Assembly: GCA_049999805.1 (NCBI GenBank)
Contig: JBNGIO010006370.1
Span: 59,329-117,074 of the forward strand
DNA: 57,746 nt
Direction: 5' to 3'
Source: Folioceros fuciformis
Taxonomy: Eukaryota
The notes under the pieces were generated by a model. The model saw nothing but the letters and a program-made list of their open reading frames with translations. It made no database searches and was not told the origin of the DNA. The translations under genes were made by a program, and so were the position numbers. Positions 37,201-47,324 of this stretch are shown here, piece by piece. The first letter of the stretch is position 1, and every line of letters begins with the position of its first letter.

Positions 37201-40200
37201 ACCTGGTTTCGGTTCTTTATGAATTGAAGAATCACAGTCTTCATGTAAATTTGTTAGGTCTGGCTTGGTAATTGTTTGGTTTGGCTTTGCAAATATGGTG
37301 GAGTAGATCATTTACATACTTGATCAGTTGCAGGGGTCAGACTCAGATCGTGAAGGGGCCAGGAATGTGCAAAAGGCAGCTGGAGGTGGAACTGTTCCTT
37401 CAGGTTCTGTTTCCGGTCTGGGAAGGCGATTTGGCGAGACAACGTCATTTGCATTGGATGGCTTGAAAAGTTCCAGCCCCTCTCAGATCCCCACCAGTTC
37501 TGGAATGTCTGGGGCACCTGGTTCCAGTTTGGTCAGAGTTGCAGCTCCGTTCCCCAGTGGAGCAGCGGATTTCCAGAACCCTCAGAGCCCTGATTCGTCC
37601 AAGGGCAAGAGCTCCGGTAGTTTCTCTTTTCAGACCACGCCAATCTTAAATTCTAATCCATACGAGCCCCCTCCAACTCCTAAACCAATCCCATCACCAG
37701 CCATGAATGGGGGAGCAGCAGCAAGCACTATTTCAGAGCTGCCTCTTTTCCAATTCGGTACTGCTACTGCTGAGAAGCCGAGGGTGGTGTTTTCAGCGAT
37801 TCCTGGACCACTTGGACAGCCAGGAGCAGTGGGTGATAACAACAAGCTAAGTCAAACCTTATTCAGGTTGGTTTCTGGATTCACTGCAAGAGTTTTCACT
37901 GTTGTCACGCGAATGATCTAGGTGGAAGTTAATTGCAGACAAGGGGTGTCAAGGGTGTGGTTTTCCTGATGGGTGTCTTGCTTTGTTTTGTGTGCAGCAC
38001 TGCCACATCTAGTGCTTTTCCTTCTCTCGGCCAAGGTCCTTTTGAATCCGTTACGCAAAGTGCAGGTTCGGTCGATACCAGTGTTAGGGCCATTGAAGTT
38101 TCCAATAGCGCAGCCGTTTCTGCACCAACTTTGCAGCAGGGTTCCGCCCCTGTCAGTGACCAAAATGCAACATCTGTACCTGAAAGCAGTCTTGCAACCG
38201 GGGTGTTTGGGGCCTCTAGTGTCAGCACAGGCAGCTTTTGGCTGGGGACCGCATCCTTTGGTGGTGCAAGTTCATCTGGATTAGGGTTAGGAACCAGCAC
38301 GTCAACTATGTTTCAAGGGTTTGGCAAGGATGTGACTTGTTCCTCAGCTGCCACTGTAAGCGCTTTCGGTTCTGCTTCGGGAGTTGCCACAACTCCCATA
38401 GTGCAAAGCTCTGGGTCTGGTTTGTCTCTGTTGAAGCCACCAATGGCATATGCTGCCGGCTCTTCAGGATCAGGGATGCTGGGTAGTTCGTTTCCATTCA
38501 CTGCAAGCTCAACGACCACATCGGCCAGCACACCTTTGTTTGGCGATGCAGTGCAACCGATTACAGCAGAAAAACTTGCCGATGTCAAGGACAGCCAACC
38601 TGTTGTCAGGTTTGTGTGAGTGGCATGCACAATTTGTGGCAACTGTCAGGATAACTGTCATGAAGCTCTTTTACTTTGAGGACTTGTTTAGGGCCATGCT
38701 TTTATGTGCTTTGGAGTTCATTGTTGTTTCGGTGCCCTAACATTGTTGTTTACTTTTGCAGCGGTGTAGGATCAACTGCACTTACTTTCTCTGTATCAGC
38801 CGTTTCGAAGACGGACGCTGGAGAAGCTAAGGCTAGTATGCCCCCTTTAAGTATGTCAGCAGGAGCTTCATCATCAGCAGTACTTCCCCTGAGTTCAACA
38901 ATGAGCAGCTTTCCTGTGGCTGCTAGTGCGTCACCTTTATTCGGAGGTGCCCCATCGGCTGGTGGGTTTGGAGCCCTTAATGCTACCTCTGGCAGTTTTG
39001 GCCAGGGATCGTCGGGTTTTGATTCTAGCACCTCAGTGTTTGGGTCGGGGGGCACGTACACACCAAGCTCTCAAGCCGTGAAAAAGGATATGGCAACTGC
39101 AGCACCATCTACGGCATCAGTTTTTCCCCCTGCAGCACCTTCTATGACATCAGCTTTAGCCCCTGCAGCACCATCTACGGCCTCAGCGTTTGCTCCTGCA
39201 GCACCATCTACGGCATCTCCAGCACCAAACTCTCTCTTTAGTGAGAGTGAACCCAAGACACAAGCACCATTTTCTTTCGGGTCATCTGGGGCAGGATCAT
39301 CTGCTAGCGCATATACTTTCACAGGCAAAGCTACAGCTGCAAACACAGGATTTCCTTCTACTGTGAAGTCCCCTGAGGCAACGGGAACGAGCTCACAGCC
39401 TGCCTTTGGGATGGTGAATACGAGCCCAGCACTTGTTGCCAGTTCTGTTCACGGAGTTTTGTCGGCTGATACAGGTGGTGAGCATACTAGCATGGAAGAG
39501 ATGGCCGAAGAACCTTCTGTCCCTGTATCTGGTCCTGTGTCTATCTTCCAGCAGTCTTCGATGCCTTCCTCTGGTTTTATGTTTGGCCAGCAGGGTACAC
39601 CTTCGGCGCAGCCGCCTCTGTTTGGGCAGCCACCTGCTCCCACAGGTCAAGCTCCTCAATTTGGATCATCGGCATCCTCGGGACAAGGTGCTCTCTTCAG
39701 GTCATCGTCAGCATCTGCAGGACAAACTCCTGTGTTTGGGCAAGTAGCAGGTTCCACAGGACAAGGTCCTGTATTTGGGCAGGCATCGGCTTCCGCAGGA
39801 CAACCTCCTGTGTTTGGGCAACCACCGGCTTCCACTGGACAAGCTCCAGTTTTTGGGCAACCATCAGCTTCCTCTGGACAGACTACTGTATTTGGGCAGA
39901 CTTCCGCTGCGCCCGGGCAAACCCCATTTGGCCAGCCTACTACTCTGACGGGACAAACTCCTTTTGGCCAGACTACTGCTCCTACTGGGCAAAGTCTCTT
40001 TGGCCAAGCTAATGCTCCTACTGGACAACTTCTGTTTGGCCAGGCGCCTGCTCCCATTGGACAAACTCCGTTTGGCAGTGCTCCTCCGGTGCAGCCCTCC
40101 GTGTTTGGCCTGCCAAATTCTTCAGGTCAACCTTCTGTATTTGGTCAGCCCAGTACTTCGGTATTTAGCCAGCCAAGTGCTCTTAGTGGACAGTCAGAAG

Positions 40201-40358
40201 TCTTCTCTTTCTCGGCCCAGTCCAGTTCTTTCGAAGCAGGGGCGCAAAATCCTTTTTCAGCTGGTTTCTCGATGGGAGCTGGTGGCCCGGAGCAGAGGCA
40301 GGGTCGCAAGTTTGTTAAGGCTAGTAAGAGGATCGGTGGTCAAAGGAGAGGCAGGTGA
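34293..40358 (+). CDS. NUP1: Nuclear-basket FG nucleoporin NUP1/NUP136-like (NUP153 counterpart), about 10 exons
   Basis: GAGGK..RRKTPYDRP, LSRLLQSR, SPVDIARAFMG, SVGPIRRTR, STETARKILETLD, many PVFGQ/TPFGQ repeats, basic tail GRKFVKASKR; approximate exons 34293(or 34401)-34728, 35002-35057, 35203-35300, 35450-35705, 35837-36133, 36220-36300, 36401-37165, 37334-37866, 37998-38609, 38762-40358. Confidence 0.82.
39575..40150 (+). repeat. Coding FG-repeat array with 36-39-nt units
   Basis: GQxPxFGQ repeated more than 12 times in the last exon. Confidence 0.85.
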
Positions 40359-42695
40359 TACCCGTGTTTGCTTGCTCAGCTTCTAGGTGTCCGATGTCCT
40401 TGCTTGCTCAGCTTCCGTGTAGCACATTGTGGATCCATTAGGTCTTGGAGGTGGAGGTCTTGGAGCTTGAGCTCTAGGAGGTGCATGCGCTGCCTTAGAT
40501 GGCCCAGGTTGAGTGAAACTTGTCCTTGAAGGCATTCCTCAGGGTTTGTCCTCTGTATACTGTCCCTGCTAAATCGTCAGATGGTCCGGCCAAAGATAAC
40601 GCCCATGCCTAGTCGTGATCAACCAGATCACGGGTGATGCTGGCAGCAACTCCTGAGAATATTTGGACTGCAACGAAGTAATTCAGCCCATATGTGTTCG
40701 CGAGGCAATAGATGGGCGGGCGGCAAATCTGTTGCTGGTAGTAGGAACACCGTATTCGGCCTGTTTTGGCATGTCGTGAGCTGCTTCTCAGGTAAGGCAA
40801 TCTCATCCTCGTTTGCCTTCGTGAGCCAAGCAAATCTGTCTGTCGTAGTGTTTGCTTTCTGAGCTTTCTGGTTGACACATCTCACGGAATTTAGAACTGC
40901 TTGTTTCCAAGTGTCTGGCAGTCCGCATATGTACTCACATTGTCAAAGTCTCGTACTTGATCAGATCATGTGTTTCCTCATCACCGACCAGCTGCGAAAG
41001 CACATGGTCTTTTGCGCAGTGTTATTCGTGTCTGTCTCGTTGTGGCTACACTTTCATTGTCTGCATCCATTCAAGCCCGTTCCGGGGTGTGGATCATGGC
41101 ATCTTTCAGTTGTATGAAGCAGTGGTGTAATGAGTGTGCTTACGAAGCGGAATTGCTTCGACGTTGTATTGGGACATTTACATGTCGACCTGTGTTTAAG
41201 CTTATGAGCAATTGAGTTTTTTGGATACACATTTGTGAACATCTGAATAGGCTGACTATTGAATTGTGACTTGTGCAGATAATCTATTTGTCGCCCCATC
41301 TTAGCTTCCTTAATTTTCCCTTTCGGTTCGAAGGGTGGAAATTAAAGAAAATCGTTACGCGCTACTTGTCAACTGTCTAATGTATTTTCTACATTTAATA
41401 GAATGGCCTCATGAAGTTACAAAGTGCAAGCCTGTCTTAAATTGTGTCCCGGACCGTTCAATGTACTCTGGATCACTAGAGCCCTATGGTCACATTTCTA
41501 GTTGGATGCTGCAGCGATGCTACGCAGTGACACCGTTTGGTGGGAGTGGTTACGATCCGATCGAGCAGAAAAGAAATGAAGTTGAGCTCCACAAGGAAGG
41601 CATCTCCGGGGTGGGAAATAAGGTTGATCTTAGCTACCAAGGCAGATTATCTGTTGGGGAGGGAAATTGAGGATGAGCTTCTCAACCGAAGCATCTCTTG
41701 GGCGGGCATGGTTTCCTGGGAAGTGTGGAAAAGGTTGTAGCTTGGGACCCCAAGCGCTTCAGTCCTCGGTAGTAAAGGTAGTCCAGCGCCTTCGTTCCGG
41801 ATCGGCTGCGCCCGCTTACCAGCCCCGTTCAACTGGTATCAAGGGACATTCACGTGGAACCGGATGGTGGTGCGCGCCGCACTCAACATGGGATTGAAGG
41901 AACGGGTGCGTAAGATGGCTCACATATCCTTTGGGAAGGATGGGCTACCAGTTCAGGTTGTGTGGAACTTGCACTCCGCAACGCAAATGCGTTTCCCGCC
42001 CACACACTTTACCTACACATCGAAAACCCCACATTCGGCATCGCCCGCACTTGGTTGCACAGTAGCTAGCATTCACAGGGTTAGCATCGCCCGCGAGCAG
42101 CGACGGGTATGCAAGACTCGCCATCTTCTCCATCGCGGATCGGCAATATAGATCCTCTTTGTAGTCTCTTACAGCCGGAAGTTCTGATGTACCCGGCCAT
42201 GTCAGACAGGGCTTCTTATGGCATGGGAAGGATGATGGCCGTGGGAGGGATGGTAGGGCCATAGGCACCCAGGGCCGTGTGATACATTGAGTGGCAGGCC
42301 CTAATGGCCCTCGCAGATTATAGTAGGCAATCCTGAGCACCTTCCAAGGCCAAAGCTTCGGGACAAGCCGGTCCTTTTCGTGCCTACATTACATGTCCAT
42401 ACATACAGTAGTTGGGCCTAGACACCTATTTCGAACACCACTGCCTGTAAGTGACCAATGGTCCCGATCATATCAGACGGCTTGCTTGCTCACAGCCCGG
42501 CGGCCGCACAACCTCATCCGCCTCTTTGATCATCGGTCTCCCGGTGGTCGCTCGCATCCAGTTTCTTTTGTTTCATTTTCGTTGGAGTGCTTTTCGCATT
42601 GCTAAAGCGTCTGCACTGCGGGCATCTAGGTGTCGTAGGTAATGCAGTGTATCTAGGCGCGCTGTGTAGTTCCTTGTGAGTCTCCATCTTTCAAT

Positions 42696-45600
42696 ATGGG
42701 CGTAGTATGGCATCCGGATCCGGTATGGGCCCAGCAAATTGGTGGCTGTACAGGGATTCTAGCAGGGGCTCCCGCTCATCTCACCGGGGGAAGTGAACAG
42801 GTGCTAAACAACCAAGCTTCCAGGTGGAGGAGTGAAAGGAATCCAACACGTCCCAGAAGATGGAGGACTGGAGATGGATTTTCCAGCGATGGTGGTGGTG
42901 ACCAGGGCGAGGAGCTTTTATTTCGACGATTGTTTCTGGAACCTGCCATGTGGTGGGATAACAGGCGAGGAAGGAAGTGTTCCCGTTCCCCTCACTTTCG
43001 GCGTAAGGGGTCCGGCGAGGTCCTCTGGTTAGACAACATGGAGAAGCCAGCTTTGGTGGATGAGCAGCTTGTTTCTTTGGACGTGCAGGTTGTTCATGGT
43101 GTCTCTGCTCCGCAATCGAGCTTTTCGGATAATCCTGAGACGGGCAGGCGTGCAGGATCGAAAATGTTGAGCACGTTATGTCAGCAGGGGAGGCTCAACG
43201 AGGCCGTGGGAGCTCTGGAAGCTCTGGTGCAGACAGATTTCCCTGTTTCTCCTTCACTCTTTTATAGTGTTATCAAACTGTGTACAGTCAAGAGGGACAT
43301 GGTTGTGGGGCGACGAGTTCATAATCTCACTGTAAGACTCGGGTACGAGTCTAACACGTACTTGGGGAACCATATCGTGCGCATGTATGCCTGTGGAGAT
43401 AGGCTACAGGAGGCCATGGATGTGTTCACCAGGGTGGAGAGACCAGATGCCTTCATGTGGTTTTCCATCATCTCGGCACATGCTAAACATGGGAAGCCTA
43501 ATGAGGCCATACGACTATATCATGAGATGCGGGGCTCAGGTGTGAAAGCAAACGCTCATGTCTTTGTAGCAGTCCTTCAAGCATGTGCATTTGCTGTGGA
43601 CTTAGAAGCTGGCAGACACGTGCACTACGATGTGCTTCATAGCGGCCTTCCGCCTAACGTGTTTGTTGGCAATTGCCTGGTGGACATGTATGCAAAGTGT
43701 GGGGAGCTGGAAGATGCACGCAGAGTCTTTGACCGCATGGCCACAAAGGATGTGGTGACATGGACGTCCCTGATAGCTGGGTATGCAAAGCATGGGCTCG
43801 GCCAGGAGGCGCTTCTTCTGTATGAACAAATGGAGCAGGAGGGCCTGATTGTGGCGAACCATGTGACTTTTTCCTGCCTCCTGAGGGCCTGTGCAATCGC
43901 CGGGGCTTTGCAGAAGGGCAGGGAGCTGCACTTGCAGATCGTGGAAAGAGGACAGCTCAATAACATACTAGTAGGTAACAGTCTGGTGGACATGTATGCA
44001 AAATGCGGGGAATTGGGAGACGCACGCAGGGTGTTCGACAACTTGGCTAGAAAGGATGTGGTGACATGGACAGCCTTAATAGCTGGGTATGCAAATCATG
44101 GGCTTGGGCTAGAGGCGCTTGCTCTGTATGGACGTATGGAGCAAGAGGGTTTGATTGTGGCTGACCATGTTACTTTTGCTTGTCTTCTGAAGGCCTGTGC
44201 AAGCTTAGGTGCCTTACAGAAGGGCAGGCAGCTGCATTCACTCATTGTGGAAAGGGGACAGCTGGATAATGTATTGGTGGGCAATACCTTGGTGGACATG
44301 TATGCGAAATGTGGCGAAATGAAAGAGGCTCGTAGGGTTTTTGACAACATGCTATCAAAAAATGTGGTGACGTGGACGTCCCTAATTGCTGGGTATGCGC
44401 AGCAAGGGCTTGCACAAGAGGCCCTTTTGCTGTATGGACTTATGGAGCACGAAGGCGTGATTGTGGGTGACGAGGTTACTTTTGCTTGCCTTCTGAAGGC
44501 CTGCGCGAGTGCTGGTGCCTTGCAGAAAGGCAGGCAGCTGCACTCACAGATTGTGGAAAGAGGCCAGTTGGACAACATCGTTCTGGCCAACTGCCTGGTG
44601 GACATGTATGGAAAATGTGGTGAACTGAAAACTGCGCGCCAAGTTTTTGACAGCTTGACAACGAAAAATGTGGTGACTTGGAATGCTCTAATTGCAGGGT
44701 ATGCAAACCATGGGCTTGCTCAAGAGGCGCTTGCTCTGCATGAACAAATGGAGAATGGGGGCCTGATTGTTGCTGATCATGTTACTTTCACTTGCCTTCT
44801 GAAGGCCTGTGCAAGTGCTGGTGCCTTACAGAAGGGCAGGGAGCTGCACTCACAGATTGTGGAGAGGGGTCAGCTAGATAACCTGGTGGTGGGCAATTGC
44901 CTTGTGGACATGTATGCAAAATGTGGTGAATTGGAGGATGCTCGCAGGGTATTTGAGAGCTTAAGCACGAAGGACGTGGTAACATGGACGGCCCTCATTG
45001 CTGGGTATTCACAGCAAGGTCTCGGGCAAGAGGCGCTTGCCCTGTATGGACAAATGGAACAGGAGGGCCTGATTGTGGCAGACCATGTTACGTTTGCTTG
45101 CCTTCTGCAGGCGTGTGCAAATGCTGGTGCCCTACAGAAGGGCAGGCAATTGCACTCACAGATAGTAGAAAGAGGAGAGCTAGATAAAAAACTTATGGGT
45201 GCTTGCCTAGTGGATATGTATGCGAAGTGTGGCGAGCTAGAAGATGCACGCAGAGTCTTTGAAAGCTTGGTTGCAAAGGATGTGGTGACATGGACGGCCC
45301 TGATTGGCGGGTTTGGTGCTTGTGATGAAGGTCATGACGCACTAGCCTGTTTTGAGGAGATGTTAGTCGCTGGTGTTGAGCCCGATGAAGCCACTTTTAC
45401 TTGTGTTCTAGTAGCATGCAGTCATGAGGGACTGGTGAATGAGGGTCGCCAACACTTCGATTCCATGGTCGAACGACATGGCATCACACCCAGTGTTGAG
45501 CACTACAACTGCATGATTGATCTTCTTGGGCGTGCAGGCCACTTAGATGAGGCTGAGACCATGCTATTATCGTGCGAGGTCCAAAACAATCCCGTGGGAT

Positions 45601-46196
45601 TGACATCTTTGTTGAATGCTTGCAAAACTCACGGGGACATTAAGAGAGCAGCGCGGTGTTTTGAAAGTCTCGTTCGGCTGGAGCCTCAGAGTGCATCCGC
45701 ATACGTGCTCATGGCTAACACCTATGCAGATGCAGGAAGATGGGCCGATGTAGACAGGATCGAGGCACAGAGGATGGTAGCAGGAGCCAACAAGAAACCT
45801 GCTGTGGCGGGCATCGAGGTGAATAAGCAGGTACATACATTCCTGGTCGGGCAAATAAGAGATGATCTGGCGCTCAAGGTAGAGACCGCGAATGCTCGAC
45901 TGAAGCAGGAAGGGGGCCATGTACCACAGACAAAGCTGGTGTTGAAGCCACTGTCTGAGAAGGAAAAGGAAGATTCGCTGTGTGGGCATGCCGAGAAGCT
46001 AGCGCTGGCCTTTGGCCTGTTGAACACTCCTGGTGGCACGCCTCTGGTGGTAACCAAGAATCTGCGCATGTGCAGCGACTGCCACAGTTCCACGGAGATC
46101 ATGTCAAGGGTTGAAAGTAGAGACATTGTTGTAAGGGATGGGTACCGTGTGCATCGATTTGCAAATGGTTGTTGCAGCTGTAAGGGCCGACCTTGA
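42696..46196 (+). CDS. PLS-PPR protein with DYW:KP domain ending KGRP and a degenerate N-terminal PDF-like motif
   Basis: Six LVDMY(A/G)KCGE units spaced exactly 306 nt; NKKPAVAGIEV; LCGHAEKLALAFGL; KNLRMCSDCH; HRFANGCCSCKGRP*. Confidence 0.94.
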   Translation: MGVVWHPDPVWAQQIGGCTGILAGAPAHLTGGSEQVLNNQASRWRSERNPTRPRRWRTGDGFSSDGGGDQGEELLFRRLFLEPAMWWDNRRGRKCSRSPHFRRKGSGEVLWLDNMEKPALVDEQLVSLDVQVVHGVSAPQSSFSDNPETGRRAGSKMLSTLCQQGRLNEAVGALEALVQTDFPVSPSLFYSVIKLCTVKRDMVVGRRVHNLTVRLGYESNTYLGNHIVRMYACGDRLQEAMDVFTRVERPDAFMWFSIISAHAKHGKPNEAIRLYHEMRGSGVKANAHVFVAVLQACAFAVDLEAGRHVHYDVLHSGLPPNVFVGNCLVDMYAKCGELEDARRVFDRMATKDVVTWTSLIAGYAKHGLGQEALLLYEQMEQEGLIVANHVTFSCLLRACAIAGALQKGRELHLQIVERGQLNNILVGNSLVDMYAKCGELGDARRVFDNLARKDVVTWTALIAGYANHGLGLEALALYGRMEQEGLIVADHVTFACLLKACASLGALQKGRQLHSLIVERGQLDNVLVGNTLVDMYAKCGEMKEARRVFDNMLSKNVVTWTSLIAGYAQQGLAQEALLLYGLMEHEGVIVGDEVTFACLLKACASAGALQKGRQLHSQIVERGQLDNIVLANCLVDMYGKCGELKTARQVFDSLTTKNVVTWNALIAGYANHGLAQEALALHEQMENGGLIVADHVTFTCLLKACASAGALQKGRELHSQIVERGQLDNLVVGNCLVDMYAKCGELEDARRVFESLSTKDVVTWTALIAGYSQQGLGQEALALYGQMEQEGLIVADHVTFACLLQACANAGALQKGRQLHSQIVERGELDKKLMGACLVDMYAKCGELEDARRVFESLVAKDVVTWTALIGGFGACDEGHDALACFEEMLVAGVEPDEATFTCVLVACSHEGLVNEGRQHFDSMVERHGITPSVEHYNCMIDLLGRAGHLDEAETMLLSCEVQNNPVGLTSLLNACKTHGDIKRAARCFESLVRLEPQSASAYVLMANTYADAGRWADVDRIEAQRMVAGANKKPAVAGIEVNKQVHTFLVGQIRDDLALKVETANARLKQEGGHVPQTKLVLKPLSEKEKEDSLCGHAEKLALAFGLLNTPGGTPLVVTKNLRMCSDCHSSTEIMSRVESRDIVVRDGYRVHRFANGCCSCKGRP

Positions 46197-47324
46197 GAGC
46201 AAAGAAGAGGTCAGCAGGTAAAAAACCATCTCCACGTGGCAGTGGGTGTATGCAACGTGCCCTCCCTCCTGTGACACACTTAACTTAAGCATTCAGATTA
46301 TGATCCCGGTACTATTATACAAATGATGATCTCTTTTCTAAGCTTTTTCTATTTTACTCATCGATCACCATGTGGTTGTTGTAAGTTCACTACGACGTAA
46401 ATTAGGGTTCAAAGTTCATGTACAATAATATAATTATATCCTTATTATATTTATTAAGCTATTGTAGAACACAATCAGTTTGTATTTTTAAATTTTCCAA
46501 TGTGGAAGAATGGTCCGGCGTAAGATTCTTCCTCTAACGGCTATTACACACTTGTACTACTATTTATCGTGCATTTAAGTTGTGCAATGTCACTCTCCAC
46601 TTGACGCTTATATTATGCATGTCTCCATTGCACCCTCGTTTATATAGTCTTTATTTCGCACTCCTTGAGATACTCTTGTTATCGCCGGCTCTTTTATGAA
46701 GAATGCTTGTCCCTTGTCTTTGTCATCCTGTTGACAATATTGCTGCTTATCGGGGTGCAAGTAGCTTTTATCATCACCACCATGCAAGAGAATCCACCAA
46801 CTTGATACATGAGCTTCTCTTCTCATCACTTGTCCTCGAAGAGAGTTGTACAAGCTCGACATACGACCTTATCATCACATGAAGCCACACAAGCGTGACC
46901 TATTACCTCTATTTATAGAGAGTGGGTGACTATCTACATTCTTCTCTCTTGTTGGGACACAAATTTGGCCTCGGGCTCATATTTCTATGTGTACAGAGTG
47001 AGCCACTGTTTACATGCTTCTCTCCCTCTTGGATAGGGCACAACAACGTTATAAGCTCTATTACAAATTTGATGGAGGGTTTAGGGTTTAGAGCATCATT
47101 AAATATGATAGACATCTTGTGTTTAGCTTATTTCTAGCTACAAGGCAATAGAGAAAAGATATTGTGCTTGTATCATGTTAAGAGATGTATCTTCTTCTCC
47201 ATTCTCTTTGGATTTGTGTTCTTTCTTTCATCAATAGGAATAGATTACTAGCTAGCAATACTACTTGATTTACATACTTTTGTGCACCCTTCTATTTTCA
47301 AAATTCCATTCCAGGCTATTAAGA

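Noticed and set aside
40600-42600. Short ORFs between NUP1 and the GRP-type PPR gene
   Set aside because: No motifs or consistent exon chain recognised
43319-46126. Antisense ORFs over PPR genes (also 29293-31487 and 51084-53030)
   Set aside because: Expected shadows of codon-biased repetitive coding sequence
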